Below the pieces are notes generated by a model. It was not told where the DNA came from, did not search any database, and saw only the letters and a program-made list of their open reading frames with translations. A stretch of 64,000 nucleotides of DNA, taken from contig CM035359.1 of the NCBI GenBank assembly GCA_020137815.1, positions 1,798,001 through 1,862,000 of the forward strand. Reading direction: 5' to 3'. Below, in pieces: positions 21,553-41,591 of this stretch (position 1 is the first letter of the stretch; the number at the start of each line of letters is the position of its first letter). Both the position numbers and the translations under genes were made by a program. This stretch comes from Hormiphora californensis. Taxonomy: Eukaryota; Animalia; Ctenophora.

Positions 21553-21793
21553 AGTAAAGAAGCACTTAAACTGGTGAATCTCGATCATATCCTTTTTCGA
21601 GCAGTGCACTAGACACAATTTGTCCTTTAGAAATACATAGTAAATAGCCACAAAATAATATTGAATCCGATCCAATTTGTCATGTTTGTCCCCCCTCGCC
21701 CCCCCCCCCCCCCACCCCCATATGATTCTGACATATCTAAATGAAGAATCAGGTCAAAAATAGACAAGATCTAAAATATTATAGTTTTCTCAC

Positions 21794-28794
<7,001 letters not shown>

Positions 28795-29121
28795 TTTGAC
28801 TACAAAATACACACAGCTGATCACGTAGTACAAAAACAGGGGAGAGAGAACTGCAGCAGCAGCAGCAGAGGGCTTTCGAGTATAAGGTGTGAGAGAGAGA
28901 GAGCGGCGCGGGAAGCAGAGAGAGAGAGAGGGGGAGAGAGAGGCTGATCGTATATGCAGAGTGTCGACGTCACAGTGTATCACGTGGTAGTGGTCGCGTG
29001 ATGTGCACGTGTATTGTGCAATGCGCAGCCATTGGCCTGCGTCAGTACAGCAGAGCTGAGAGAGAAAGTAAGTGGCAGAGAGACAGGAGATGGATAGGAA
29101 GGGAGAGATGAAGATATAGTT

Positions 29122-29184
<63 letters not shown>

Positions 29185-29872
29185 TATATAGAGAGATAGC
29201 GCTCGTCATCGCTCTCTCGCTCGTCTCAGCTCTCTCAGCTCAGACTCTCTATCTCTATCGCTATCTCTCTCGCGTCCGCTCTCGGCTTCTCTCGATCGCT
29301 TCGTCTCGCTCGCATCTCTTGCTCTACTCCGCGCTCTCTCTCTCTCTCCGTCTCCGCTCTCGCTCTCTCTGCGCTCCTCTCTACGACGCTCCTCATCTGC
29401 TCTCTCGCTCATGAGAGAGAGAAAGCGTCACAGAAAAAGCTGTTTCCTAAAATTGTCGATGTCGTAAATCAGTGGGGTGGTGCAACAGTCTATTAGAGAA
29501 TGAGCTAAATACCCATCTAAAAACAAGCATGCGAAAAGTAGAGACTGATGTATAAGAGAGAGAAATGGAGAGAGACTATAGAGCGACTGAAGAAATTCAA
29601 GAAAAACTAAAAATGATAACCATCAGTCTGTAGTAAATGTCAAGCTTGACAAGGGTGGAGAAGGGATCACGAAATACCAAAAATAGCCCACACACTAAGT
29701 TGAATAAGGGGTGGAGATCCCTCACTCAACAACTCATACTAATACAATCGTGAACAAAGCAGTTTAAAATGTATAAAAGCTCATAGTCATTAGTGAAGTA
29801 AAGTCATAAAAAGCTGTGACGGTCACAGTGTGACCACCATTAGTCAAGTTGACTTACCCAAACCAGGGCTTG

Positions 29873-30312
29873 GTTACGAAGTCACCCCTATTATTGCAGC
29901 ACGGTGGGGTAATTTCATTACCAAAGCCGGGGCACGGTGGGACTAGTCGAGGGTCGAGAGCAAGGCAAGTTGCAGTTATTCTTCATTGTCTGAACAAATC
30001 ACAACTTCAACATGTGTGATATATTACAAAAGTCCCAAAAGTAAACAAAGCGATAATGCAACTCAAGAGTTGTTTATACATCACCTCATGCAGCCGTAAA
30101 CATGTTTTAATATGAAGATTGAACTACAGATACATAAGCGGGATGCTCGGGGGAAAGAATGTCCCGGTATATCGGGGTGTCCGGTATATCGGGGTCCCAC
30201 TGTATAGGATCTGCAGTGGGTCCGGCCCATGCATCACTAAATCAGCTATCGGGGTTCATACATTGGTATAATGAAATTACCCTCCGTGAAACATTAGGGG
30301 TGACTTCGTAGC
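29873..30312. mobile_element. MITE with ~50-bp imperfect TIRs containing a partial pogo-like MITE
   Basis: GGTTACGAAGTCACCCCTA...GGTAATTTCATTA versus TAATGAAATTACC...TAGGGGTGACTTCGTAGCC; internal ATCGGGGTCCCACTGTA end resembles the 62735 element. Confidence 0.65.
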
Positions 30313-30599
30313 CCGCATCACACATATGTTATCAGACCAGGGTCAGTAAAAGACAAAACAAATGGATATGGGGATGTGGGATGACGCAAATGATGCGTGC
30401 GAGAAGTTATTAATAAGTTATTGAGTGAGGGTCTTATTTCTATTGGCACGACGTCAGAAGGTCTAACACATGAAATTGTTGTATCCGTGGCAACAATGAT
30501 CAAATCCCAGCTGAATTTTAGGTTTTACCCCTCTTTGGATATTTGATTAAATTTATAGGATAATACCGATACGTTACCCCCGTTATAATAGTACGTACC

Positions 30600-33265
30600 A
30601 AGTTTGACATGTTCCTAGTATGTCAGCTCTCGAGCGAGGCGCTTAAAGTGCCAAATGGACAAACTGCGTAGCATGGCAATATCAAGTTATAAGAAAGCCA
30701 AAAGTTAAATTAAATTCTTTTAATTTAAGACAAGCAATGTCTAATAGTGTCCGTGACGCCTGGTCCGATGAAGCGGGGCGAAAACCAATGATAGAACCGG
30801 AGACCTTGGAGGGATCGACAAGATGTGAGAGAAGCCTCAGAAAGAGGAGGCAAGCGTAGAGAGCTTGGGAGAAAAACAAGACCGGTTTAAACAAGGCACA
30901 GTACAAAAAGACCGTCCAAGAAATTTAAACAGATGACAAAGGCAGGATGAGTTTGTGAAGAAGAATCTAAGAGGTTACGGATGACCCAGCGGCTCTCCAG
31001 AAGAGACTTGGGCATGTACTGGGAAGACGGAGACATCGTTACCAAGTGGACCCTTCAGATAAAACTTGGCGGATAATTTTGCAATCATTCCTTTAGTGAA
31101 AGATTGAAAGATCTGTCGTTATCCTTGAGTGAACAGGAGGAATCCGGAGAGAACCCGTGTCACATCGGCGGTACGGAGGAGTACGCTAATCAGTTTGAGG
31201 AAATTTCGGTTGTGGGCTTGATCCAGATGGTGAAGGAACTTTCCAGTAAGACGTGTATTTAGACCCTATCCCTACTTGGCTGGTGAAGGAACTGTCTCGA
31301 GGAGTTAGCGCCATCCTAACGGAAATTGTTAACAAATCGCTGAAGCGGGCATGTGTTTCCTGATGCTCTGCAAGGAGCACTGGTTATAGCCTACTATCAA
31401 GAACCCGAACGGTGATAAAGACCTGCTGTCGAACTACAGACCGTATCGAACATAGCGTTTGTTTCAAAGCTACTGGAAAAGGTTGTCCTCACTCCTTGAA
31501 TTGATCCTAGGAAAAATGATCTACTTAACCCCAACCAATCGGGTATAGAGTTGGGCACAAGCTGTGAGACTCTTCTTGCGGGTATGTTTGATGACCTTCT
31601 AAAGGATTTGGGACTCTGGAAAAGTTGCTGCACTCATGCTTTCCTTGACATGAGCGCGGCATTCGACACGGTGGACCATCAGGCGCTAAGGAGTATTAGA
31701 GGGAGATTTGGTGTTACTGGATTGGCGTTGGACTGGTTTAGGAGTTACCTAGGATCGAGGAATTTTCAAGTGAACATACGAGGGAACTTTCAGCGGCTAT
31801 TGCCCTTATCTGTGGGGTTTCCACAAGGATCTCTGTTGGGACCGTTTCTTTTTCTACTTTACATTGAGGATTCACAGGATATTGCCCGGCCATACGGTTT
31901 GAACATCAAGCTCTAATGCTGATGATCTCTCAACTGTATGTTAGCCTGATAACCGACTGATGCGGATGGTGGAATGTAACGAAGCAGGCAGTGGAGAGTG
32001 CCTTGGTAACATGAAGAGTGGATGGTCTCTAACTGGCTAAAGTGTAATGAGACAGACAGAGTTTGTCCTCCTTGGAAATCGAGCTCTTTGGAAAAGCTCA
32101 ATTTTGATCCGGTAATAAACTTGGGGGTACGTCATTATACCAATGAAATGCCAAGGACAGACTGGAAAAACACTAGGAGTACTACTTGATGATCACCTTA
32201 CGTTGGAGGGGCGTCAGGTAATAATGTGAAACGCAATGTGGACTGATGCTGAAGAACCTCTGGCAAGTCAACAAGTGCCTAGACAAGAGTACTAGATCCT
32301 TCTTGTAAAGCATTGGTGATATCAAAGATTGACTATTGTAATATCTTGTACTATGGACTGCCACAACGAATCCTTCAAAATCTACAGAGACTCTGAACTC
32401 CTGTATACTGGTTTGTCTTTATCTGAATGGTCATCAAGATGATTACATGAGTATTTCAGAGAGGCTCACATTCTTTCCGATAACAGCAGAGATTAACTTT
32501 TAAGGCATGCCTGCTGGCTTACAAGATTTGTTCGAGGAACTGCCCCTAGGTACTTGTTGGATCTGGTAACCTAGGATGAGGAATATGGATCACTGAGGAT
32601 GACGAGGGCTACAACTTCCAACGACTTTTTTTCCGGCTAAAATAATCCCAACTGTCAAGTATCAATGCAACTCGAAAGTTGCGTCGAAGAAGACTTTCGG
32701 TGTTTCTTCCCGAGTATGGAATGATCTCCCCCCTTGAGCTCAGATCAGTTCATCCTGTTGATCTGTTTAAGACAAACTAAAGACAAAGGTTATTTTCAGG
32801 AGGCATTCGGATCTGCTTCAGAGTTTGTAATCGGAGGTGTCCTAATTCCTTCCCCCTTTCCCGTGTCGAGCAGACAATTCTAGCATAGCAATTCCTTACT
32901 ATTTCCCTTCCTAGGGCTATTATAGCAGGGGGGCTGCTGATGCAGTTGAGCTGACTTTTTGTTTGTAGCATGAGGGCTGCTGGCCTCTGTTTCTTTATAT
33001 CCCGATTTATATTCTGTTATTTAATTGCAGCTAACAAGTTGTTTTCCAGAAGTTTATGTGTCCCGTTTTTCCTTAGGCTTTTTTTTCAATTTTTTGAGTA
33101 TATAATCAGTAGATGTGTCTATTTTTGTTCTAAGTGAGTCAGATATTACAATCTTGGTGTACCGCTTCTGAATCTGGGCATTGTGTTGTGACTCATGTCA
33201 ATGATCCAGCCCTGTCTGGACTGAGGCGGTATACTAAAAACCCTTTATTATTATTATTATTATTA
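30600..33265 (+). mobile_element. Decayed L2/CR1-group LINE (RT pseudogene) with (TTA)n tail; 5' boundary approximate
   Basis: NYRPVSNIAFVSKLLEK, FLDMSAAFDTVDH, GFPQGSLLGPFLFLLYI, disrupted ADD, SKIDYCN; many frameshifts; (TTA)n at 33245-33265. Confidence 0.88.
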
Positions 33266-33385
33266 TGGATTCCTCCTGTAATCTGTGTGAGCAATTACAT
33301 AACCGGAAACAAACGTTTTGCCCGGCTGCCTGCCCTGAAAGTAAGATTCTTTTGGGACAAATTAGACTGAGTGAATATTATATTA

Positions 33386-33813
33386 TCATAATTAAAACTA
33401 AAACTTCCGGTATAGATTATATGAGGTGCTGTAGGATTAGAGGTCGGATTTGTTTTTAACAATTTAAGATCGACATCTTCATTTCCAATATGGCGTACTC
33501 CATCTCTATTATAATTTGGAGATGAACGTCGTCGAAGTCGTTCGTTAGGCGGTATCTAAGCGACAGACTGCTCCTTCATAAAACACGTTATGTGCCCAAA
33601 GCTGTAAAGCTGCTGTTCACACTTTTGCAACTTCCCGTGGAAGTTTGTTGATATTTTCGAATTCAACATTCAGTTCTCATGGTTACCACTCCAGTTGCCA
33701 TGGCAACCGTGATATTGACGTTGAAAAATGAAAGTGGCGAAAAGAACCACCCGGCGAAGCCGGGTGGATTATCAAAAAATCCTAACTTGAGGCGCACCCG
33801 ATGGGTGCGCTAG
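33386..33813 (+). mobile_element. Putative non-autonomous Helitron; 5' end uncertain
   Basis: GC-rich hairpins CCACCCGGCGAAGCCGGGTGG (33747-33767) and GCGCACCCGATGGGTGCGC, the second running into a terminal CTAG|T; candidate A|TC start at 33386. Confidence 0.55.
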
Positions 33814-34244
33814 TCTATTATATTAGACAGTATACTGACTACGACTCTTTACAATCATGTTTTAAAAACGGCCTATTTAAAACCACAGACCAAATAATTG
33901 TTGATGTCAACAACAATCTCTGCTAATATGAACCGAATGACCCCCCATCCAATGCACTACGCTGTCTCCGGCCCTGACATCAAATAATGTACAGCAATTA
34001 TACTCGTTGTCAAAAGAGGCCGGGTAGCTAGCTGTGACCTTATATGGAGCGATATTAAACGGTTTTCAGTTGCAACTTACTCAACAAGTTAATGGCTGGC
34101 ATTTAGGGTATGCTAGCTGGTATGCTATAATAACGACTGTGTGTGACTGTGTGACTGTGTGACTGTGTGAGACTGTGTGAGACTGTGTGTGACTGTGTGT
34201 GACTGTGTGACTGCAGTGTGACTGTGTGTGACTGTGCGACCAGT

Positions 34245-34344
34245 NNNNNNNNNNNNNNNNNNNNNNNNNNNNNNNNNNNNNNNNNNNNNNNNNNNNNNNN
34301 NNNNNNNNNNNNNNNNNNNNNNNNNNNNNNNNNNNNNNNNNNNN
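34245..34344. other. Assembly gap (100 N)
   Basis: Run of N flanked by a (GACTGTGT)n repeat and low-quality sequence. Confidence 1.
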
Positions 34345-35556
34345 CCAAGGGGGAAATTAAAGGGGTTGGGTTTTTTTTGGGGAAAACCCCTTTGTTTGTT
34401 TTGGGGGGGTCTTTGTTTGTTTGTTTAAAAGGGGGACTCTTAAAGGAACCTTTTTGGGCCCAAGGGGTTTTTAAATGAAAAAGGGGCCCCCTCGGGGGGG
34501 CTCCCAAAATTTGGGGGGGTTTCTTTTTTTGGGAAAAGGGAAAAAATTTTTCTTTTGGCCCAAGACTGAATTGGAAAAATTTTGGGGAACCCGTAATCAG
34601 TCAGGGAATGCAGTCCTTTAATTACCGGCCAAACAGGAACGAGAGCGGTGGGTCCCTCCGGATGTTTTTAAAACCGTTGCCAATTGGAAGGGGGGATATA
34701 ATAGCTCCGTGATCTCGTCTGCCAAAATGTGTTAAGGACCCTCTGTCTATACGTCCCTTTTTCCCCGGGACATAGAGTGTTTAGGGTTCGTGATTTTGTA
34801 ACACTATTAGTTGGTAGAGACGTGATGCAGCGGCTATTATATATATTATTGTATATATACAACCACCGGGTTGGTGCAACCTAGAAAGGCCTAAACTTTC
34901 TGGGGTCAAACAATATAAACAAACAGAGTGGGGAGTCGTTATTGGAAATTCTCTCGTTTGACGTAATCTCTGTCAGTCTAAGTATAATATCATAATGATG
35001 CAGCCCTTTAATTATATATTCAAATGAGACATGTTTTTTTCGTCAGAAAAACTCAGAAAACATCAAAAAAAAAAACGAAAAAATTGGCTCTATCTCAAAG
35101 GGAGAAAGTGAGTCAACAAAGTGAGTCAAAGGTTTTTTAAATTGAAAAATTTTTAAATGGATCAAGGATGCCGGGGGGGAGAGAAAGGAGCAGAGGAGAG
35201 AGAGGAAAAAAGAGGAAAGAGGGGGGAGGGGAAAAGAGGAGGGAGGAGAGAGAGGAAACAGGAGGGGTGAAGGGGAGCGCGGAGGGGAGAAGGGGGAAAG
35301 GGGAAAAAGGGGGATTTAAAAGAAAAAAAAAAAGGGGGAATCCCCAAGAAGAAAAAGCCGGGAAGGGAAAAAGGCCTTGAGAACGACCCGAAATGAGGCC
35401 CCCCCCCCGGGGAATCCCCAAGCGGATGGTTTTAAAAAGGGGAACCCACAGGGCCCTCGATGGGGGAAGGAAAAGGGAAAAGAAGAAGGAAAAGGAAGGG
35501 AAAAGACCAGGGAGGGGCCAGGGGAGGGGAGAAAAAGAAAAGGGGAAAAGGGGGGG

Positions 35557-35598
<42 letters not shown>

Positions 35599-37854
35599 GT
35601 TGAACGGCAAAAAAGGCCCCAATTTTTTTTTTTTTGGAACAAATTTCGGATTTTAATTTTTCCCACAAACAAGGGAAAAAAAAAAGGAAGCAAAGGAAAA
35701 TTTCCCCCCCTGGGCTTGGAAAAAAAAGGGGGGAAAAAATTTTTGGGAAAAAGGGAAAAATTTATATCCCCCAAGGGGGGGGCTTACTAGAGAGATGATA
35801 GATAAAATCTCGCGGGGGGCTTTGAAAGGGTGTTGACGTCATAAAATCAAGCCTTGTATATTTCGGTTGCCGGGAGATGATATCAATCATATTTATTGAA
35901 TTTTTAAAATAAAGCTTTCTTGATTTTAATCCATATTTTCAAGTCCTTTTCCCCTCGAATCTTAAAAGTTTAAAAAACCCCAAAGAGTTTTGCGAGTGTG
36001 CCGTGTGGGGAAGACTCCCTGATGCCCCATTACCCCCCAACTCCCCTTTTCTTTCCTCCTTTTCCTTCTATCCCCTTCTTTCTCTCACCCTCTCCCTCTC
36101 TTTCTCTCTCACACTTTAAACAAGCAAGCAAGCGAGAAAATTATATGACTTATCGAAAGATACTCTCTTTTTTAATGTTTGATTGATAGTGACTTGTACT
36201 GTTTTACTGAACTCGCGGTGAGGTGATCTGATCGAGAAAAATCAACATCGATATATCCTTCTAATCTAATTGGCTGTCAATACTCTGCGGGAGGTGCAGG
36301 GAATCATTATATAATATAGGATATAATTGGAGGAGCGAGGAGCCGATCTATATAACCCAAATAATTCCGCGGATCTCAGTAGCTGCAGATTAGGACAATT
36401 GACAAGGCTTGTTAGGCGCAATAACGGTGATAGAAAACTACGGCTGAAACTATATAGCTCAATAGGAAGATTATACAAGCCACAGCTAGTGCTAGGAAAC
36501 TAAATCAGTTTTAAAGATGCCGGAGCACGCGCAGCATCTCAACATGCTGGATCAGTTCATCGATGAACTAAACGATGAGTAGGTGGAATAAATAATAATA
36601 TGTCAACATGATACATGTGAAGCTGTGATGAGTAGGTGGAATAATGTCAACATGATGTGTGAAGCTGTGATGTGTGTTGTTCAAAAAAGGGCTGGGCTGT
36701 GACGATTGAATCATGACCGTAAAAGTAAATATCACATCTGTGTTGTGTAACGTGTGAAGCAATATTACAATACAGTTACTATGTACATTTTAAGAGTCTA
36801 CATATATTATACATATATTATATATATATATATATAAGATCGTTGCCTTGACCCTGTTTCACCATGCTTCGTACGGGAAACAAAATGTAAAGGACGGTTA
36901 ACAAATCGTCAATCAGAACCGAGGAAAGGGAATTTAGTTGATAAGGGCTGTCAGGTGCGATGAATTTGAATCCTTTAGAGATAATAGTTTTTACTGAGAT
37001 CTGAATTAGGGATCAGTAACAGGTAGCAATCGAGGAAGCATTTTGAAATTCGGCCGGGGGGACGTCAAGTGATAACCCGAAAATGGTGGTATAAACGATT
37101 GTGATACAACTCAGACTTGTAAACGATCACGATATAGGAAGACAGCTGGCAGGTCATACATGTGACGTCATAAATGTTAAACTTGTTACCAGGGTGATTT
37201 AAATTGCCTTATAAGGTCACAAAAGGTGCAGTTTTAAGTGATATAATGACGCGGTAAAGGGATGAGGCTCCCAGCAGCATGAGAGTTGCATGATAAAGAT
37301 TTGTCAGATGGAGTGCTGCATACTTTCCTGACAAGCGAGGAATTTTCGATTGAAATATAATTTACTGACGTCCCAAGAATTCAACTTGAATTATGGTTTC
37401 AAATGAAACGGCATACTCAATTCAAAATGCCGCTTGATTCCAAATGGCAATTAGGACATGGGTTTAGTATTCTATTAGAATACTATTCTAAAACCATATC
37501 TCGAAGCAAGCTGGTATAGGGAGAGACGAGAGTTCTGAATTTATGCTTTAGAAATCTGAAACTATTCTCTAGAAATCTGAATTTATTCTCTAGAAATCTG
37601 AATTTATGCTTTAGCATGTTTAGAATCAAAGGGTGCCGTGACGTTATTATGTTCTAACCCGGTGCTCGCGAGAAGAGGGTCGAGCTAGGTAGCGGTGACG
37701 ATAGAGTCTGAACACAATTGCACAGTGGACAGCTTCAATAATCTATACTTTAAAGCTGTCTTGATGGGTGGTCGGTAATGGATCAGAGGGTTCTAGAAAC
37801 CTATAAATAGTGGGGGCTACCCATGGAGAATATGATAGAGATGTAGGGGGAGAA

Positions 37855-38110
37855 GGGAGAGGGCCAGAGAGAGGGACTGAGAGAGGGAATGAGAGAGGGA
37901 GAAGGGAGAGAGGGCCAGGGAGAGGGCCAGGGAGAGAGGGACTGAGCGAGGGAGAAGGGAGAGGGACTGAGAGAGGGACTGAGAGAGGGCCAGGGAGAGG
38001 GGGACTGAGAGAGGGCCAGGGAGAGAGGGACTGAGAGAGGGCCAGGGAGAGAGGGACTGAGAGATGGATTGAGAGAGGGCCAGGGAGAGGGCCAGAGCCC
38101 GCAGGGAGAG
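37855..38110. repeat. GA-rich compound minisatellite (GAGAGGGCCAGG / GAGAGGGACTGA units)
   Basis: Alternating 12-14-bp purine-rich units. Confidence 0.85.
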
Positions 38111-39477
38111 AGAGGAGACAGCTGGAGAAAGAGGGAGAGGAGAGAAAGAGAGTGTGTGTGAGCTTTTTCGCAAATACTTTGCTCCATGGGTGGTCGATGA
38201 TGTTCATGCACAATCGAAGCTTCTCGTCGAAAAAATGCACTCGGGCAGGTAAGAAATGCTGTGATGTGATCGGATAGCGAAAGATTATAATCTGGGTGAT
38301 CCGTGATATTCAATCTTGCACTTGTTAATTCATCTTTGACTACAACAGTGGTTTTAATTATTTAGATTTTAGGTTTATTAAGACAAGCTGCACTGCAGTA
38401 AATTAGGCTGTGGAATAAATAAATAGGTACCCTATATAATAACAGGTAACAGCAAATAATAAAGGATAAAATAACAATGAACAATTAAAATAAGAAACAG
38501 AGAAAAAAGGGGCGACATCTGCAACAACAACTGCAACATCAGTGCGTGTAAGAAATGGAAAGATCTGGAAAGATGGAGTGTTGTACTCGAGCGAGTGCGC
38601 GCGGCGTAAACCGCACGTGCAGATAACGCGGGGTAAGGGAGACAGGTGAGTTGGTTGTGTACACTCGATTTCATTTCTTTGTTTGTGGCAGACTCGCACG
38701 TCACGTTTTGGTGCTTGTGATTTATTTTAGTTCGTAATTTAGAAACCCTACAATTTGATCACTTTAATCCAAGCCTCGTTATTAACCAATTCCTAGATTT
38801 CGACAAAAGTCATCAGAACTATCACCTTTTTCTGCGGCATTTCTGTAGCCATATAATCTATCTCTTCCCAACATGTCTCTCTCTCATTGCCTCTTCTTGT
38901 TGTGTAACCCCTTCTCCTCCTCTAAGTGTTAATGAATGAAGGACGCCTTCCTGTGAACCATTCCAGATTTCTTTGTGGTCTAGCCTGTTAAAATGTGCCA
39001 ACTGCTACTGCTGCTTCTGTAGTTGTTGTTCTTGTCGGTAGATTGTCCTTTTATTTATTATCGGCCCTTTTCATGTTAGAATATATAACGTGAGAATATA
39101 CTGCTTTTTTGTTATGATCTAACCCTCCTTTAGGACAGCTAGGCAACTGCTTCTATGGTTGCTATAGCTTGTTAGGCAGATTGTAACTTGAAACTTGAAG
39201 TTTCAAGTTGTATTCGGTCATGTCAAGCAGACACTGCATAGATCAGAGAGAGAGGGAGAGAAAGAGGGAAATACTAGCTTCGACTCGGTTGCAGAAAGAA
39301 TATATATCGAATATATGGATGAGAGAGACGTTAAACATCAGTGTAACACAGCTGTCTGCATCTTCCCATCCTCTTCCTTTCTACCAGTTTTTAACGTGAT
39401 TCTACTTCTGTGACGTGTTATAGCCGCAGGTATCTGGACGAGAAAGGGCTAGGTTTCTGTTGATTCTCTTATTCTAA

Positions 39478-39692
39478 GTTGTCTGGCTATGTAGGTACTC
39501 GGGAGCTTTTGGAATTGAGAACACTACTAGCATGCCCCGACCTAGTTTCAATGACAACTTGTCTGGCTATGTATACCCGGGCATTGGAATTGAGAGCACT
39601 AGCATGCTCAAACCTAGTTTCAATGACAACTTGTCTGGCTATGCACACGGGCATTGGAATTGAGAATTCTACTCAGACCTAGTTTCAATGAC
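39478..39692. repeat. Three degenerate 60-80-bp tandem units
   Basis: Shared TTGTCTGGCTATG...TTGGAATTGAGA...ACCTAGTTTCAATGAC. Confidence 0.85.
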
Positions 39693-41556
39693 CTAAGCAT
39701 TTTACGCCCCGGTTAGCTTGCCAATTCCTCCTGTCCTCACTCACTTATATTCCCTCATATTCTATCCCTCTTTATCATTCTACCCTCTCTCCTCATATTC
39801 CCTCTTTATCTCCCACCTCGGATGCGATATATATTAGACCTAGGCTTGTAGCCGCGATTTTCTTGTAGTTAGACCTTTACTTTGTAGCTCTTTTTTAAGC
39901 TACGTACGGTGTCAAAAACACTCAATTAAACCAGACTTCATCTCCACTAGTTCTGTATCTCACGTCACCTAGAGAATCTACTCGTCACTACTCTTTTACA
40001 ACCCCACTTTGCAATGCTTGACTGATCTTCATATCCTCTTTGTTGGGTAATAGAGGTGCAGCTAATCGACAAGTCCTATCTTGTTGGTCGACAAAAACGG
40101 GCTAGTTCTAAGATTCTATCTAACCACTTACAAGAACGCCGCAGTTGGTTGTGTCAAAGACTTGACACATCTCTTTTCTAAAGTAAGCAGGGTCTCTCTA
40201 CCTAGGAAATGAACCTGTAACAGTGTAACCGTGTGATCACGTGGCAGCAGAATATATATCTCCTGATACGATCATCATTATATCTTGTAGTAGTCCACCG
40301 AATATCCAGTGCTGCAGATGCTACTTTAATCTGGATGTCCAGAAGAGAGGCTAAAATCAGAGTCGGAGAGAGAGAGAGAGGGGAAGAGAGTGAGGGAGCT
40401 TGTTGTCGGACTGACCTCTCCACGGAGCTTGCTGATCAACTGATCCCTGTCATCAGATCAATTTGAATCCATACCAGTTAGAAGATAGAGAGATGGGAGA
40501 GAGATATAGAGATGGGGGGAGAGAGAGAGAGAGAGAGTTAGATAGATAGAGATAAAAGATAGAGATATATATAGAGAGAGAGAGAGAGATAGAGAGAGAG
40601 AGAGGGGGAAGATAGAGATTCTGCATACTGCTCCTTCCAAGATTGTTCCAAGATGATTTTTGCTATCATTTTTGCCGCCGTATGCCTATTGCATGATCTG
40701 GAAAACAAAAAAGTCGAGAATATCCCGCTAATATTAAAATTTTGGCACACACTTATTTACTTGAGAACAGTTAGATAACATCACCATATATTCGAAACAA
40801 CGCCGTCTACATTCGGAATTTGTACAGTTTGGCGAACATCAGTAACAGCTATACCTATAATAGGACTGCCATGGCTCACATCGTTGTTTTATTTCATAGA
40901 GCGAACGTGTTCTGTGAGGGTTTGGTAGATCAACCTGGGATAGCCTTCTTCATTTTTTGGTTCAAATAATAATTAAGTAGATCTGACCATTACGTTATGG
41001 TTGTCTGGGCGTGTCCTAGTGAGCTGCATAACCAACCATATATCCATTAACAGCACTTTCCAACCTGTCTCTATAGTTTACTAGGCGTGTTGCTTGTTCA
41101 CAATGCTTATACCGGATCTACTCGACTAGTTCGTCGACAACTCATTCTATGATCCCTAATTTTGTGTGATTAAAATGTTGTTGATTTACCGAAGTTTGTT
41201 TCCCATGACCGACAATTTGGTTTGCCAGATCTATAAAAGCTTGAACAATATAATCTTCCCAATTATCAGTAATCAGATGTTAATCATTAATCAGCTATTT
41301 CCGCAATAGTGCGACATTCTCCCTCTAACTCGGCAATTAGTAGATATCCCTCGTGAACTAGAACTAATATCCTCTCTACAACTTTGTTGCTACAAGCATC
41401 TGCCCAAACCTCTCTTCTAATCTCCAAATAGTCAATCCCTCAGTTTCCCATTCACGCCCTTCAAACTGGAGGTGTTTTTATTTTCTGTGAATTTAATTCG
41501 GATGCGGGCTTCATCCCCGTGCATTCTTCCATTAAACCCCCAAAGAGAAAAGTAGA

Positions 41557-41591
<35 letters not shown>

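Noticed and set aside
35137-36000. Lys/Gly/Phe/Pro-rich ORFs
   Set aside because: Homopolymer-inflated, low-quality sequence near the gap
39478-39692. Repeat-spacer pattern containing GTTTCAAT
   Set aside because: The intervening segments are homologous to each other, so this is a degenerate tandem repeat
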